Shown here: positions 52,440 through 63,983 of the stretch, one piece after another
How positions within the stretch are numbered: the first letter of the stretch is position 1
Layout of the letters: every line of letters begins with the position of its first letter
Source: Amoeboaphelidium protococcarum X5
Lineage: Eukaryota; Fungi; Aphelidiomycota
NCBI GenBank assembly: GCA_023515725.1
Contig: JALDTO010000154.1
Location: 316,407 to 380,406, forward strand
Reading direction: 5' to 3'
Length of the DNA stretch: 64,000 nucleotides
Program-made: the position numbers and the translations under genes
Notes under the pieces: generated by a model
What the model saw: the letters and a program-made list of their open reading frames with translations, nothing else
Told to the model about the DNA's origin: nothing
Database searches by the model: none

Positions 52440-54600
52440 ATATCAACTGACTAAATAGGAAATCTAGGATCAGTGGCAGTAGGATTAAGAGGATTTTAAT
52501 TACTATTTGAAGGCTAATGAAGCAGCTCTATAGAATGATCTGGCTGAATTAAAGAATATTCTGCGTCCATCCTGCATAATGGTTAGAGAAGTAATCGCTG
52601 AATTGAAGTAGAAGGAAGCTGTGCTCGTCGGCGTATCTTGGACTACTGTATCTATAGAGTTATAGCGTTCAAAAAGTTTTCCTTTGTATATCTGAAGCTG
52701 TTTCAGCATTGTATCAATCTATTTAATCGTTATAATGTCAAGTCTTGCTCTCTATTGCCTATTGTCTCTGCTAAAGAACCGTTTTGAGTATCAATGATTA
52801 TGAGCTGATGAATTATTTGGTCCCTGGCAAACTAGTGCGAGACTATGTTAAATACATCTCTAATCATGAGGGTTAGCTGTGGGCATTGAAGACTGATTCT
52901 TATCAAGTCTAGTTTGTGTTCAAATGTCCCGACGAATATGTTTTTAAAGAAATTAGTGTGATGAATTGTATTGATGTTGTACGAGTTGATCCGTCTGGTA
53001 ATGGCTAAATTTAGCTTCCTGAAGATTTCAACGCTACGCATGAGTACAAAGACATAGGTTAAGATGAACTTGGTGGGGACAACGACGATTTTGAGTTTGA
53101 ATATGAATTTGATGGCGAGTTGGAGTTTACAAAAGCGCCACACAGTTCTCTATTTCTTCTTCCTCTTTCTTATCTGACTTCTCATAGAATAGAAATGGCA
53201 AAGAATGTTACGCGTAAATTCAAACTGAAAACTGTCTTGAATCTGAGCGATACTGATAAAGAGAGATTGCGTATCTGTTCGGATCAAGGCGTGATAGCTT
53301 ATACCAATGAAGCTTCAGACCTGCAGAGAAAGGCGCGAAATACTGACCTGTCTCAAGTGGTTGTTGGGGATTTGCTTTGGAAAACAGTCGGAATGTAAAA
53401 CAAAGGATGAATGGCTCTCGATTGGATTGGCGTTGACCCTGCTATGAAGAACGTACTGGTGTGAGGCGACGAGGCGAATGTCGAAGGTGCAATTACGCTA
53501 AAAGAAGCCAAGCAGGAGTTAAAAGAAGAGGGCCACATATCTGCTGGATACTGCAAAGTCTTACATTGACTACGAAACCCGAAGCCCGCCTATTGCACAT
53601 CAAACCAGCAGAAATCACGCTGATGGAATATGAAATGGCATAATCAAGCAGTAATCAGTAGTATCTGGATGCCTACATCAGATATTTTGACGTCGTTTAT
53701 CCGTTCTACTCCAGATCATTCCATCGTAACTGGCGATTTCGGCGATTTTTGTAAGACCAAGTCTTGCGTTTGGCAATGTCATTATCATGATGAGTGCCAC
53801 CCGATCACAAGTGTATGCATTGTCAAAATTTATCTTACTTGTCGGAGGTCATCTAGACTATATGAGACAGATGAGTCTGAATATGAGAGCTTAGACAGCA
53901 CTGATGGTGATGTGCAACATGACTCGAACGATTAGTAGAATCTTCGCTGTGATGTTGATCGTCGTAATATCATTTCTGGCTCTAGATTACGGGCTAGAGC
54001 GAATCTCGCGACCTTTAATCTGCTAATAAACTGGATTACGCGCAAAGTCTGAGATTCTGTCTACTTCTATTTTACTTGGAATGGCCGGCCAAAATCACCT
54101 GTTCCAATAATAAGTGATCTGCGCCGATGTAAAGCTGCAAATAAGAGGAAACGCAAACTACGTAAATCTTATGGCAAGTTATAACCTCCAGATAAACCTC
54201 CGGTGATTGCTTTTGGTGATGCTGGCGTGAAACACTTTTGTGGTAATCCTCCAGTTCCAGTGAAAAAGTTTGCGGACGAGTCGAGTCGACGGGCATTGGT
54301 AGTGATTACTCCTGAGTATCAAACTAGCAAACAGCACTCACTCTATCATGCAGATCTTCACTGGAAGCGCAAAATGGTGATGAGGTGTCGATACAAGAAG
54401 GTAAAGAAGATACTGCCTGGTCGTCGCCGCGCTTAAATGTCTGCATCAAAGCTGATGGATCGGAAATACTATAGCACGAATGTCCTGATCATTTCAACCG
54501 AAGAGTCCTAATCAAGATTTGATGTTTGACCCGACCTGTCAAAACACTGGATGTAACGTCTTTTTAGATCGGGATTTTAATGCTCACAGGACTATGGCAT
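52440..54600 (+). pseudogene. Degenerate Fanzor1 (TnpB-derived RNA-guided nuclease); may extend upstream to ~51650
   Basis: KSCSLLPI; RuvC-I WIGVDPAMKN (D 53435); YFDVVYPFYSRSFHRNWRFRRFLQDQ; VIAFGDAG..GNPPVPVKKF..RRALVVITPEYQTSK (E 54314); CQNTGCNVFLDRDFNA (D 54573). Internal TGAs and frameshifts. Confidence 0.82.
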
Positions 54601-54608
54601 AATTAAAT

Positions 54609-54700
54609 AGTCCGCCATTACGCGATGAATGGTAGCATACCGTAATAGAATTTCCGCGCCGAAAGGCGCGCCTGAAATATACGGTAATGTTTGTGGGACT
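54609..54700 (+). ncRNA. Candidate Fanzor omegaRNA scaffold (multi-stem structure)
   Basis: AGTCC(54609)/GGACT(54696) closing stem; CCATT/AATGG hairpin; TACCGTA(54638)/TACGGTA(54680); TTTC/GAAA; CGCGCC-GAAA-GGCGCG. Directly 3' of RuvC-III. Confidence 0.5.
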
Positions 54701-55008
54701 GACTGATGAAATAGACTGCATTTTATTGATGCATGTAAAGTACTCAGCTATTCAGTGACCACTCCTCACACTTGCTATTGAAACGAATTACTTGCGAGTT
54801 CTACGAATAGAATTGCCATTTTCTTACTTTGAGCATTGATTTAAAACGTATCCAATAAATTAGATAGCTTATGGCGGTTGTAACAGCGTTGCTTTTTATC
54901 TTGGCGAATACCCGTGCATTTGATATCACCGCTGTTGGCTCATTTTCAAGTTTGCCTCTTCTTCTGCTCTCACTAAAAAATTTTATCACGAATCACTGCT
55001 TTATTATT

Positions 55009-55355
55009 ATGGCTTTGCGTGGTTAATCCTTTAAGCGGATAATACCCGTCACTAGATCTATTCAAAAAAGACTGCTGGTGCATCCTTAAAGTAAGGTCAG
55101 TAGTAGTGACTACTCCTTTTATGATGACCATGTCGCCGAATATGCAGCGAGACCTATAACGCGACTATCCTTGTCAGAATTACTCACCTGGTCCAATAAT
55201 GATAAGACTACGCAACTGGTATAGAGGGAACTGCCAACGAGGATTGCTAGAATTATTAGAAATATCCAGGCGCTGCCGTTTATCGTTGGGATGAATCCGT
55301 ATATAAAGCGAGTTTATCTGTTGTACTTGGACAGTCTGGAGCGATTGCGGCTATT

Positions 55356-55391
<36 letters not shown>

Positions 55392-56346
55392 GCTGTAATA
55401 ATAGTAGTAGTCACAATCTTCAAATGAACAAGGCAGTCATCAGAAATAACACTAGCATACTCATACGCAGTCATAAGACTTTCCGCAGGTACTGAAGGAA
55501 ATGGTAGATTCTCATAGTGAAATTATATAAACTTTGGCGCAGGGAATGTCTGAATGTCGACCATATTTATCAGAGGATCTGGTCACGTCGTTCTTGAATA
55601 AGACTATTCAGTAGCGGATTGGAGTAAGAGTTCTGGCTGAACATTACCTGGCATTAAATGAAGGCCATACTGGAGATGATTTTCACCACCAAAATGTGAA
55701 GGCTGCGATTGATCATTAAAAAACTTGGCCTGGTGATGGATAACACGCGTTCGCTGGTCGAGGTATTGTAGATTTTAATATCAATCCAAGGAATCTTTTA
55801 AAGTCTAGCATTGTGCCTATGATATCGCAACTATCTGAACTGCATTATGGAATGGAGCCGGAGGTTGTGATTGATGGAGATATTCAGTTCCCTTATATCA
55901 AAGTGCACTTGGAGTACATCTTGACTGAATTGCTAAAGAATTCATTCAGAGCATCAATACTGCATACTAGGAAGAAGAATATGATTGGTCATGTACCACA
56001 GATTCATATCACACTTATAGATGGTGATGGTGTAGTGACTATCAGAATCAGGGATCATGGAGGTGGGATTCCGCGCCATGAGATTGAAAATGTGTGGCGA
56101 TACTCATACTCCACGGTGGACAAGTAGGAGGAGATTGGCGGTGGGAATGTACTCTCCGTCGCCAGTCAAGAGACTCTTATACACAGTAGTGGTGGACCTA
56201 TGGCTGGTCTCGGGTATGGACTCCCAATGGCACGAATTTATGCCGAGTGGGCTGGTGGCTCTCTTAAACTCATGTCTATGCCTGGCCACGGAATTGACAC
56301 ATTTCTACGTCTGCCTCACATCAAGTCTTAACACCTGAGCATTTGA
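55009..56346 (+). CDS. Mitochondrial alpha-ketoacid dehydrogenase kinase (PDK/BCKDK family), 445 aa
   Basis: [66 protein letters not shown]. Confidence 0.92.
55360..55410 (+). repeat. In-frame (TAA)10-TAG-CTG-TAA-TAA-TAG-TAG-TAG poly-Gln microsatellite
   Basis: Same frame as the kinase ATG at 55009 and flanked by conserved kinase sequence. Confidence 0.9.
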
Positions 56347-56482
56347 TTCGTGAGTTTTGCGTAAATAGAAATGGAGAAATTGAATGGAATAATCATGAAG
56401 AGAATACGAATGAATATCTTATTATTAGACCGAGTGCAATTATGCAGCTTTAAAATTCCACATTTAAAGCACCATATATAGA

Positions 56483-59400
56483 TCAAGTAGCCTGATTGAA
56501 TCGGCGGAATTCAATATTAGAGTAGCCAGACATATTTTTGGACACTCGAAAGAAGCCTTCAGCATATTCATGAGCACCAAGCAGTCGCATAAACTATTCG
56601 TCATGAGTGATGATGATCAGTTAAAAGTTTGCCTACTATCTCCGAATCTCTATGATTCTATGCAGTGATTCAGCCAGACTTGCGGCATTGTCCTCGTCCA
56701 GGTTAGTGGTCGGTTCATCCAGAGCCAGGATACCACAGTTGATACAGAAAGTCTCTGCCAGAGCAAGACGAATGATCAGGGAGGCCAACACCTTCTATCC
56801 AGCACTACAGCGGCCGCGAATGTCCATCTAAGTGTCACCTTTTTACATGACAACTCTGTAGTTATAAGAACGCTGCGTAGTTGCAGTGGATTTCTTCTCA
56901 TTGGTCGAGTCAACATCGGAGCATATCATTATGGAGTCAATATCATTGCCGCGATACGTGCTCTACCACAATTGTCTGATAATCTTATTAATTTCCTCCA
57001 TCTTCATGGAATGGAATTTGAGGATGGCACTCTCAAGAGCCTTTGAATACTTTTCCAAATCCTGAGTAGCTACTTACGCAGTCTTCACTTTGATGCGCTA
57101 TCCACGAAGCTGATCATCAATGTCCTAATAATCATCACCAAGACTACTCTCATACGACTCTCTTTAGATCTAAAGTTGACGCAGCTCTCCCTACATTCCA
57201 GCCTTCTTTGCATTACATTGCTCTAACTGTTATCGTTTAGCATCGACTGTCCTTTGCACTCTTGCAGCATCAGCGACTTTCATTCTCCCCTCAAGATCAA
57301 TCATCTACCCAGACAAATTCTTGATCGCAGTTTCCATGCTCAGCATACGCAAAGTGTCTTGGTACTTTCGAATGTCAATCTCTAAAGTATTCGACCTCTG
57401 AGATAAGGCTGCAATTTCCTCATTTACAGCGTTCATTTGAGATTCAAGGGAATTCTTCCAATGTGACATTGTTTTCTACTCATTGATATACTCTGCTAGT
57501 TGGGATTCGAACCGGCTAATATCCATCTACTTTATCTAATCACGCAAAGACTAGAGTTGATTGATGACTTTTTGCAATTTCTAGATCTCCTTCTATTAAA
57601 CGTTCTCCTTCTGCTAATATTCGGCTAGTATACTTTAGTTTACAGCCTCCAATTCTTTCAGCTGTGGACCATACCGAGCTACTGAAGACTCCAACTCCTT
57701 AATGTCTCGCTCAAGATCCGCATTGGCGCTTTGCAATTCAGATCTCTTCTTTCTCGAGTCTTCAAGCTTAAACGAATTGCCAGACAACTCAACAACGTGC
57801 ACATTCAACGCATTATAATTCTTAGTTATCTTAGACAATTGCTGCATTTAATCATCTTTCTGATGTCGAGTCTACTGAAGCTGAGTCGATAATTAAACCT
57901 CTTGGGTGGTCAACGCGTCAATCTAGGATTGGATATCGGCAGCAGATTAATCACCACCGTCGCCGACTCCTGCACTATCCAAATTTGTCTACAATAGACA
58001 ACATTCTTCCTGCAAGCTTGTAATTTAAGTCTTCAACTACGATAACTCTCGAGATTTCTCCTTCAAATCAGTAAACAGCCCCAGTTCAGACTTGAGCAGA
58101 TCTAGCTCTTATTAAGTCTCTTCACATTCGCCCAATTGCTTACGCTAAAAACCGCGAAGATTAGACAACTCAGATGTTAACTATTTAATTTCGTTTAACT
58201 TCAAAGACACCAATTGATCAACCTGAGGCTGCAGCTTCATTAACTGTTCGTACTTCTTGTTCAGCTACTATAAACGAACTCTAATATCATTGGATTACTT
58301 GGGCAAAGATGCAGCTATCTACTTCACTTTGTCCTTCATAAGGTCGAGACTTTAAGAATCCAAGCCATTTGAACATAGAGGACAACAACTATCCGCATTG
58401 GCTTACTGCAAGAGATACTCGTAAACCTCCTATGAATTCTGATTGACCAACTACTACTATGAACTCTAATCAATTTACTGCTTGGTATTCTTTAGAACTT
58501 ACTCAAACTCATCCACAGCGCAAACTTATTCGATTGAACTTTCCAACTATTGCACTTTATTCTGCAAATTCTGCTGCTATTCTTCTCTGAACGAAATTTT
58601 ATTGGCAATATTCTGCAACTGCATCTTTTCATTTTGTGACTTATCTTCCAAACTATTGCACTTTTCAGAATAAGCAAGATACTGAGAGGTAATGTACTCC
58701 ACAACGCCCAAATCATCAGGTACCACTCCAACCACATTCAAAAGATCAGATACACAGCTTTATTTCAATCTATCATGAGTACTCTAAGCAGAGCTCAGCT
58801 CAGACTATTTCAAAGATAACTTTGCTCTTTACTCAACAGACAAATTCACAATAGACAATTACTCTCTTAAGGCGATCAACTTTTAATTGATGCCCTATAT
58901 TTCAGATTCAGCCTATGCCTCCTACTAAGAAAAGTTCTAAGACTCAATCTAAGCCTACTGAGATTCCATTTATACTTGAAGATCATTGAGCTCATCTCTC
59001 ATTTTTTCCAAATCACGGCCTTATTAAGACAGTTAGTTCATTTAATTCAATAACTCTGAGAGTTTCTGAATATTCTGAGATCTAGTAGACCGTTTATCCT
59101 TGATCTTTCCTGATGCCACAACACTATCCCTCTGGACTATATTTATGCGGTCTGTGATATCACGGAGTTTCGTCTACTTCTCAGCAGATACTTGATCGAG
59201 TACGCGTTGAAAATTAGCCAGCTTCTATAACAATTCATCAAATACTTGATCACCATCTTATGAATGAGGAATATCATACTCAGATTATTACGCAGTATAC
59301 AATGAATCAAGTTAAGATTACAACAGATGACTGTGTTCAATCTGAGCCTCAATCTTTCCCATCTGAGACGCCAGATTGGACAACTGTTAATTCAATTTCT

Positions 59401-60406
59401 CATTCTTTGCCTTAAGCTCAGATCTGCGCTGTGCAATCGACTCCTCATCCTTGGCCAAATTTCCAATCTACTCTTAACAAGTTGCCAGCTTAACTCGAAT
59501 TTCATCTTCAGATTCATCGGTAGCAGGCACCGAAGATTGCAGCTACTAGATTTACTGCCGATAATTATTAATCTCAGACTGCAAACGCTCATACTTGCTA
59601 CTCAGTTCTTTAATCTGCAATAGTTCATCCAGAAGCTAATCAAGCTCCTTCTGCAGTCTCAATTGTAAATCTTAATCTTACTGCACAGAAGCACGACGAT
59701 CAATAATCTTCTACTTGACTTCGGCCAGATGGACGCGAATCTTCTGCGCTCTTTCACTATTCAATTCAAGATGCTCGAGCTCTTTAAGCTCAACGTTCAA
59801 CTAAGCAGTCTTCTCTTTACGAAGATCTTTCAACGTGACAAGTGCTTTAGTATACTAAGTAGCAGCAAATATATCATCAAACTTCTTCTTCAGAGCTGCT
59901 GGTTCAGCGAACGGCCAAAATGAGTCTTCCTGATGCGTGAAAATAACATTCTCCAGTATAGCCTTACTCACACCAAGCAATGCAGGAATTTCCGTATCAA
60001 GAGACGCACATCTAGAGCTAATAGAGACTTCATCTCCTGTCACAGGATCCCTTCTCTTGATTACACCATCGAGCGTCTTGCACGAAGCCTTCCCACGCGT
60101 CACAGTCACCTGAAGACTTCTCACAGCCAAACACAACTCATTCTACTACGAATTAAACAGCAGTCGTACTTGAGCCTTCACCTCCCTCTCATTACTCACC
60201 TTTGGATCATGTACAAAAGATACGCCTTTAGCACCTGAAGGCATCTCACCAGTGGTTATATATTTCAAGCACTCGACAATCGTCGTCTTTCCACTACCAT
60301 TCTGACCCACAATTAAAGTGAGAGGAGTCTAGAACATAATCTATTAACTACTATTCGGATCAAAGGATCTAAAACCACGAATTATCAGCGAATCCAATTT
60401 ACTCAT
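56483..60406 (-). CDS. RAD50: DNA repair protein RAD50 (1,307 aa)
   Basis: [41 protein letters not shown], zinc hook [22 protein letters not shown] (Q=TAG), [21 protein letters not shown]. Confidence 0.97.
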
Positions 60407-60656
60407 TATGCTATTTAAAGTAAAATGATAACTATAAAGGTGCTTTCAATTGTATGCTGAAGAAACGTCCTGAGGATGTGAGACTTGGTATGAAAGAGAG
60501 AAAAGAGAGAATTTAACGATCAACGCGTCTACCACTCAATATACGAAAATGCAATCTTGTTTCAAGCACAATTCAAAGCAGTGAAACAACCAACAATGAC
60601 CAAAAGAGTAAGAGAAACTGTTATTAAAATAAAAAACATTTTTAATTTATTCAAGA

Positions 60657-61609
60657 TCAGGAACGCGTTATGCTTGTTTCAGATAAAGCCACACTACTCG
60701 AACTCTTACTCGTGTCCGTTGGCCGTTGAATAGAATTTACATCAGAGGATTAGTTGCCAGTTTACTTGAAGGCGTCCTTTGATACTCTATGCCTGTAAAG
60801 TGATGAAAGAATCGGAAATTTTTCATCATCGCCCAGCATTTACGAGACCTTACTATTAATGTGGGACAGAGGTGAGATTTGATCAAAGATGGATTTCACC
60901 AACTGATTGCAACTCACGACTTATCGCTATAGGCTTATAGTGACGTAAAGGTCCGAGTTCGCAGAGTCTAACAATTTATGAACATCGCTCAAGTATTTCT
61001 CTGTATCCATAGACACCTTCTCGCAATCCACGATGTTGCGCATAAGTTGAATCTAAGACTACGAGACGCGTTAATTGACAGCTTCGGTTTGTGTTCGTAA
61101 TATGTTATGAATTCGGAGTAACTAATCTTTTCCAATTGCTACATCATTCAAAAGTTGATACATACTAATGTAAACGAATGGAACTTACGCTTAGAAGTTG
61201 TTGCTACTTGAGACGGAAACGCGTTTTAATTTTACGCAAGAGCTTAAGGTATAATCGGAGCAAACTACACCATTGTGGTTCAATCATTAATCAAGTATAC
61301 AACATTTAAACGTGCACTACCTTGTGCAAAGATTATAATTCTTTTACGTCAGGATCTTGATTAATCCCACTCTCTTCAGACCTTCGACTGACAGTAATGA
61401 TTCCCTTAACAATAGAACAATATGATTTAACAATCTCTCTGAAGCTTACTAGAACTTACTTGATTCAACCGCCTCAGAGCTGCGGGTGTTGATGGAAGTG
61501 ACTTGTTGGTCTCTGTGATTTCATTCTCTGGTAATATAGAACTTTGATCGTTTCCCTACAGAATTTAGATTGGCAATTGAAAGTTGTCTAATATTAGTAA
61601 ATTTACCAT
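60657..61609 (-). CDS. BORCS5: BORC subunit 5 / myrlysin (LOH12CR1)-like; four short introns, first exon = ATG only
   Basis: Spliced MGNDQSS...GIITVSRR..NQDPDVKELQSLHKFAPII parallels human MGSEQSS...DIVVVAQ..NDPDVIKLQEIPTFQPLL. Confidence 0.7.
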
Positions 61610-61688
61610 TTCTGAACAATCTAGAAATTTTCATAATCCTATCGCTCAAAGAAAGTGTAAACAAAAGTTCTTGAATCAACGACAATAG

Positions 61689-62371
61689 TCATTATATTAT
61701 TTCATATTCAGAAACGATCATATCAACTTGTTAATCATGAGCATCGGTAGGTACATTGTCATCGCTGATCTATTCATTTAACGATAAAGCTATCAACGTT
61801 GGCCTTTAGACGCCATTATCTAACGCGTATTTCGACGCAATGGCAATAAACTTGTCATAGTACCCCTTCCCATGTCCGAGCCTCATTCTATTGCGATCGA
61901 AACACACACCTGGCATGAGAATCAGATCAAGAGCTTCCGACGGCTTGTAGGCAATGACACTCTTGTCAGATGCCTTTGGCTCTGGAATGTTCCACTTATT
62001 GCGTGGCAAAGTCAGGATTTCATCATACGACTGCATTCTGACCATGATCATTTCATCTTTATTCCAAGAGGGAACAAACACACCCTTTCCAGCATCGAAC
62101 AAGTGTCGAATAATAAGATTGGTATCAATTTCTCCTGGCATTGACAGATATACGCTGACATTTCTGGCGTTCTAATAAGATTTCAGAGACATAAGGTGTT
62201 GACAGACAGCGTTGCCTACAACAATGTAAAAGGTAATAATCAAAGACGCATTACTGAATGAAACTTACTTTGTTTCTAAATACTTGATTATGGAATCTAT
62301 TGCAATTTATCTGAGTAGAGTCTCCTCAAAGATTTCTTGGCAGATTTGATAATATCCTTAGTAGTCGTCAT
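61689..62371 (-). CDS. FAU1: 5-formyltetrahydrofolate cyclo-ligase; one intron ~62217-62268
   Basis: VSVYLSMPGEIDT, WNIPEP, LDLILMPGVCFDRNRMRLGHGKGYYDKF, VPTDAHDQQVD. Confidence 0.93.
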
Positions 62372-62583
62372 ACTTGCATGAGTTTAGATCTTTGAAATCT
62401 CGTATTAACGGTAAGAAGAGAACGGGACGATTAGAGATCTACTACTACAAAGTGAATAGCACTATGAGTTCACTTTCAAAATTGCAGAACCATAGTTCAT
62501 ATGAATAATATAGTCTTACAAAGTGTCATTAATCTTGTTTCAGCATCCAATGTCCAAAAATGAAGCCGGAATTTTATCAAAAA

Positions 62584-62655
62584 GGGGACCTGCCGGAATC
62601 GAACCGACGACCTCTCCGACCCAAACGGAGAATTATACCCCTAAACCAAGGTCCC
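62584..62655 (-). tRNA. tRNA-Pro(TGG)
   Basis: GGGACCT/AGGTCCC acceptor stem, CTCCG-TTTGGGT-CGGAG anticodon arm, GTCGG-TTCGATT-CCGGC T arm, followed by a T5 Pol III terminator. Confidence 0.95.
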
Positions 62656-63399
62656 TCTTAATAGATAGAAATTCTCAGAAGATTCTATTGATATTAGACA
62701 TTCTAAAATTCACTAGATATCACTCTTCCAACTGTTTCAACTAGTTTAAGCGATTTCAAGAGACGGTGTTGACATTGCAAACTCCATCTAGGTAATAATA
62801 TTCTGCGCTCTTTCTAGCTTGGTAAAACGCGCATATATGATACAATATTTGGCTTTAAAATAGTATGAACAACAATCATAATGCTCATGCTATCCTCCTC
62901 GTTCATTAAAGGGTAAAAGCCGGATAATGGACCATAAATTAGTTACTGTGGTATAAGTGCTATATAGGGACTGGACGAAGAAAATATATTCACAGTCATC
63001 ATCGTTTAAAAGCGTACGATGAAGCCACAATACATTACTGTCCAATAAATTCTTCATGCACAGTTTAATCACTCTTGCTCAATCCGCTTAAAGGTCGGTC
63101 TTGCTAGACGCCTTCAGGGAATTCACCAGCCACATTGTAGCAACTTAACGCGACATCAGATCAGCATTTTAGTGGCCTGCCATCAGATTATACAGTCTCA
63201 TGGAATGCCTTCCCTTCAATCCAGTATCTACAAAGCTAGCGGTTACTTAGTAATAATTAGATCATGATCATGTTTATCCTGGCCAACCAGGAATGTAAGC
63301 TCAGCAACCGGACACAAAAGTGGTGAGATAAATGAACAGCCTTCATTCAGTACTGGTTAGTGGCGATAAGGATATTCCGAATTGCTCATCCAATATACA

Positions 63400-63983
63400 G
63401 AGAACAGTCGAGTTAGCTTGATGCTGTTCTTCTTAGAACAAAATTCATTTATAGATTTGATTAGTCTTCTCAACTAGCGAATCGACTTGTTTCCGACATA
63501 AATTAAACGATTCTTCCACAAACTTCTTGCTGGCTCTATGATCGGGTAGCATAGCGATTAAGATGATTGTAACAAGAACTCAATTGTCGTCTCACCATTG
63601 TTAGCGGCAATCAAATTTCTTTCCAGCTCGCGAGCGTGCTTGAAATCCGACTTGATATCATAAGAGAATTCAAACTTGGCAATAGCACGTAAGTACTCAA
63701 TCTTCTTGGCGATAGACTTTCCGCCATATTCTTCTTCTAACTCGGTCCAGTACCTGTAACTGTCTCATAGTCCAGCATAGTATGGGCAATGTCATTAGAG
63801 ACGTTCAGCTCAATGACTAGCTTTGCCTACTCGGCGTTGAAGGGCAAGTTGTTCAGAGAGTACCAATCACCACTGAGTAGTAGCAGAGACTTGATACGCT
63901 TGCACCATAGCAAATACTCTTATGCAGACTTCAACATGCAGAAATATTGGATCTTAATGTTGGGATCGTAAATGATGGAAGTA
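63400..63983 (-). mobile_element. Degenerate Ty1/copia-like Gag fragment
   Basis: LKSAQEYLLWCKRIKSLLLLSGDW...AKLVIELNVSNDI..MLDYET /frameshift/ YWTELEEEYGGKSIAKKIEYL resembles the copia Gag N-terminus/UBN2 pattern. Confidence 0.5.

Noticed and set aside
62584-62655. Possible suppressor tRNA-Gln explaining the code
   Set aside because: The anticodon is TGG (Pro); no UUA/CUA tRNA was seen in this window.
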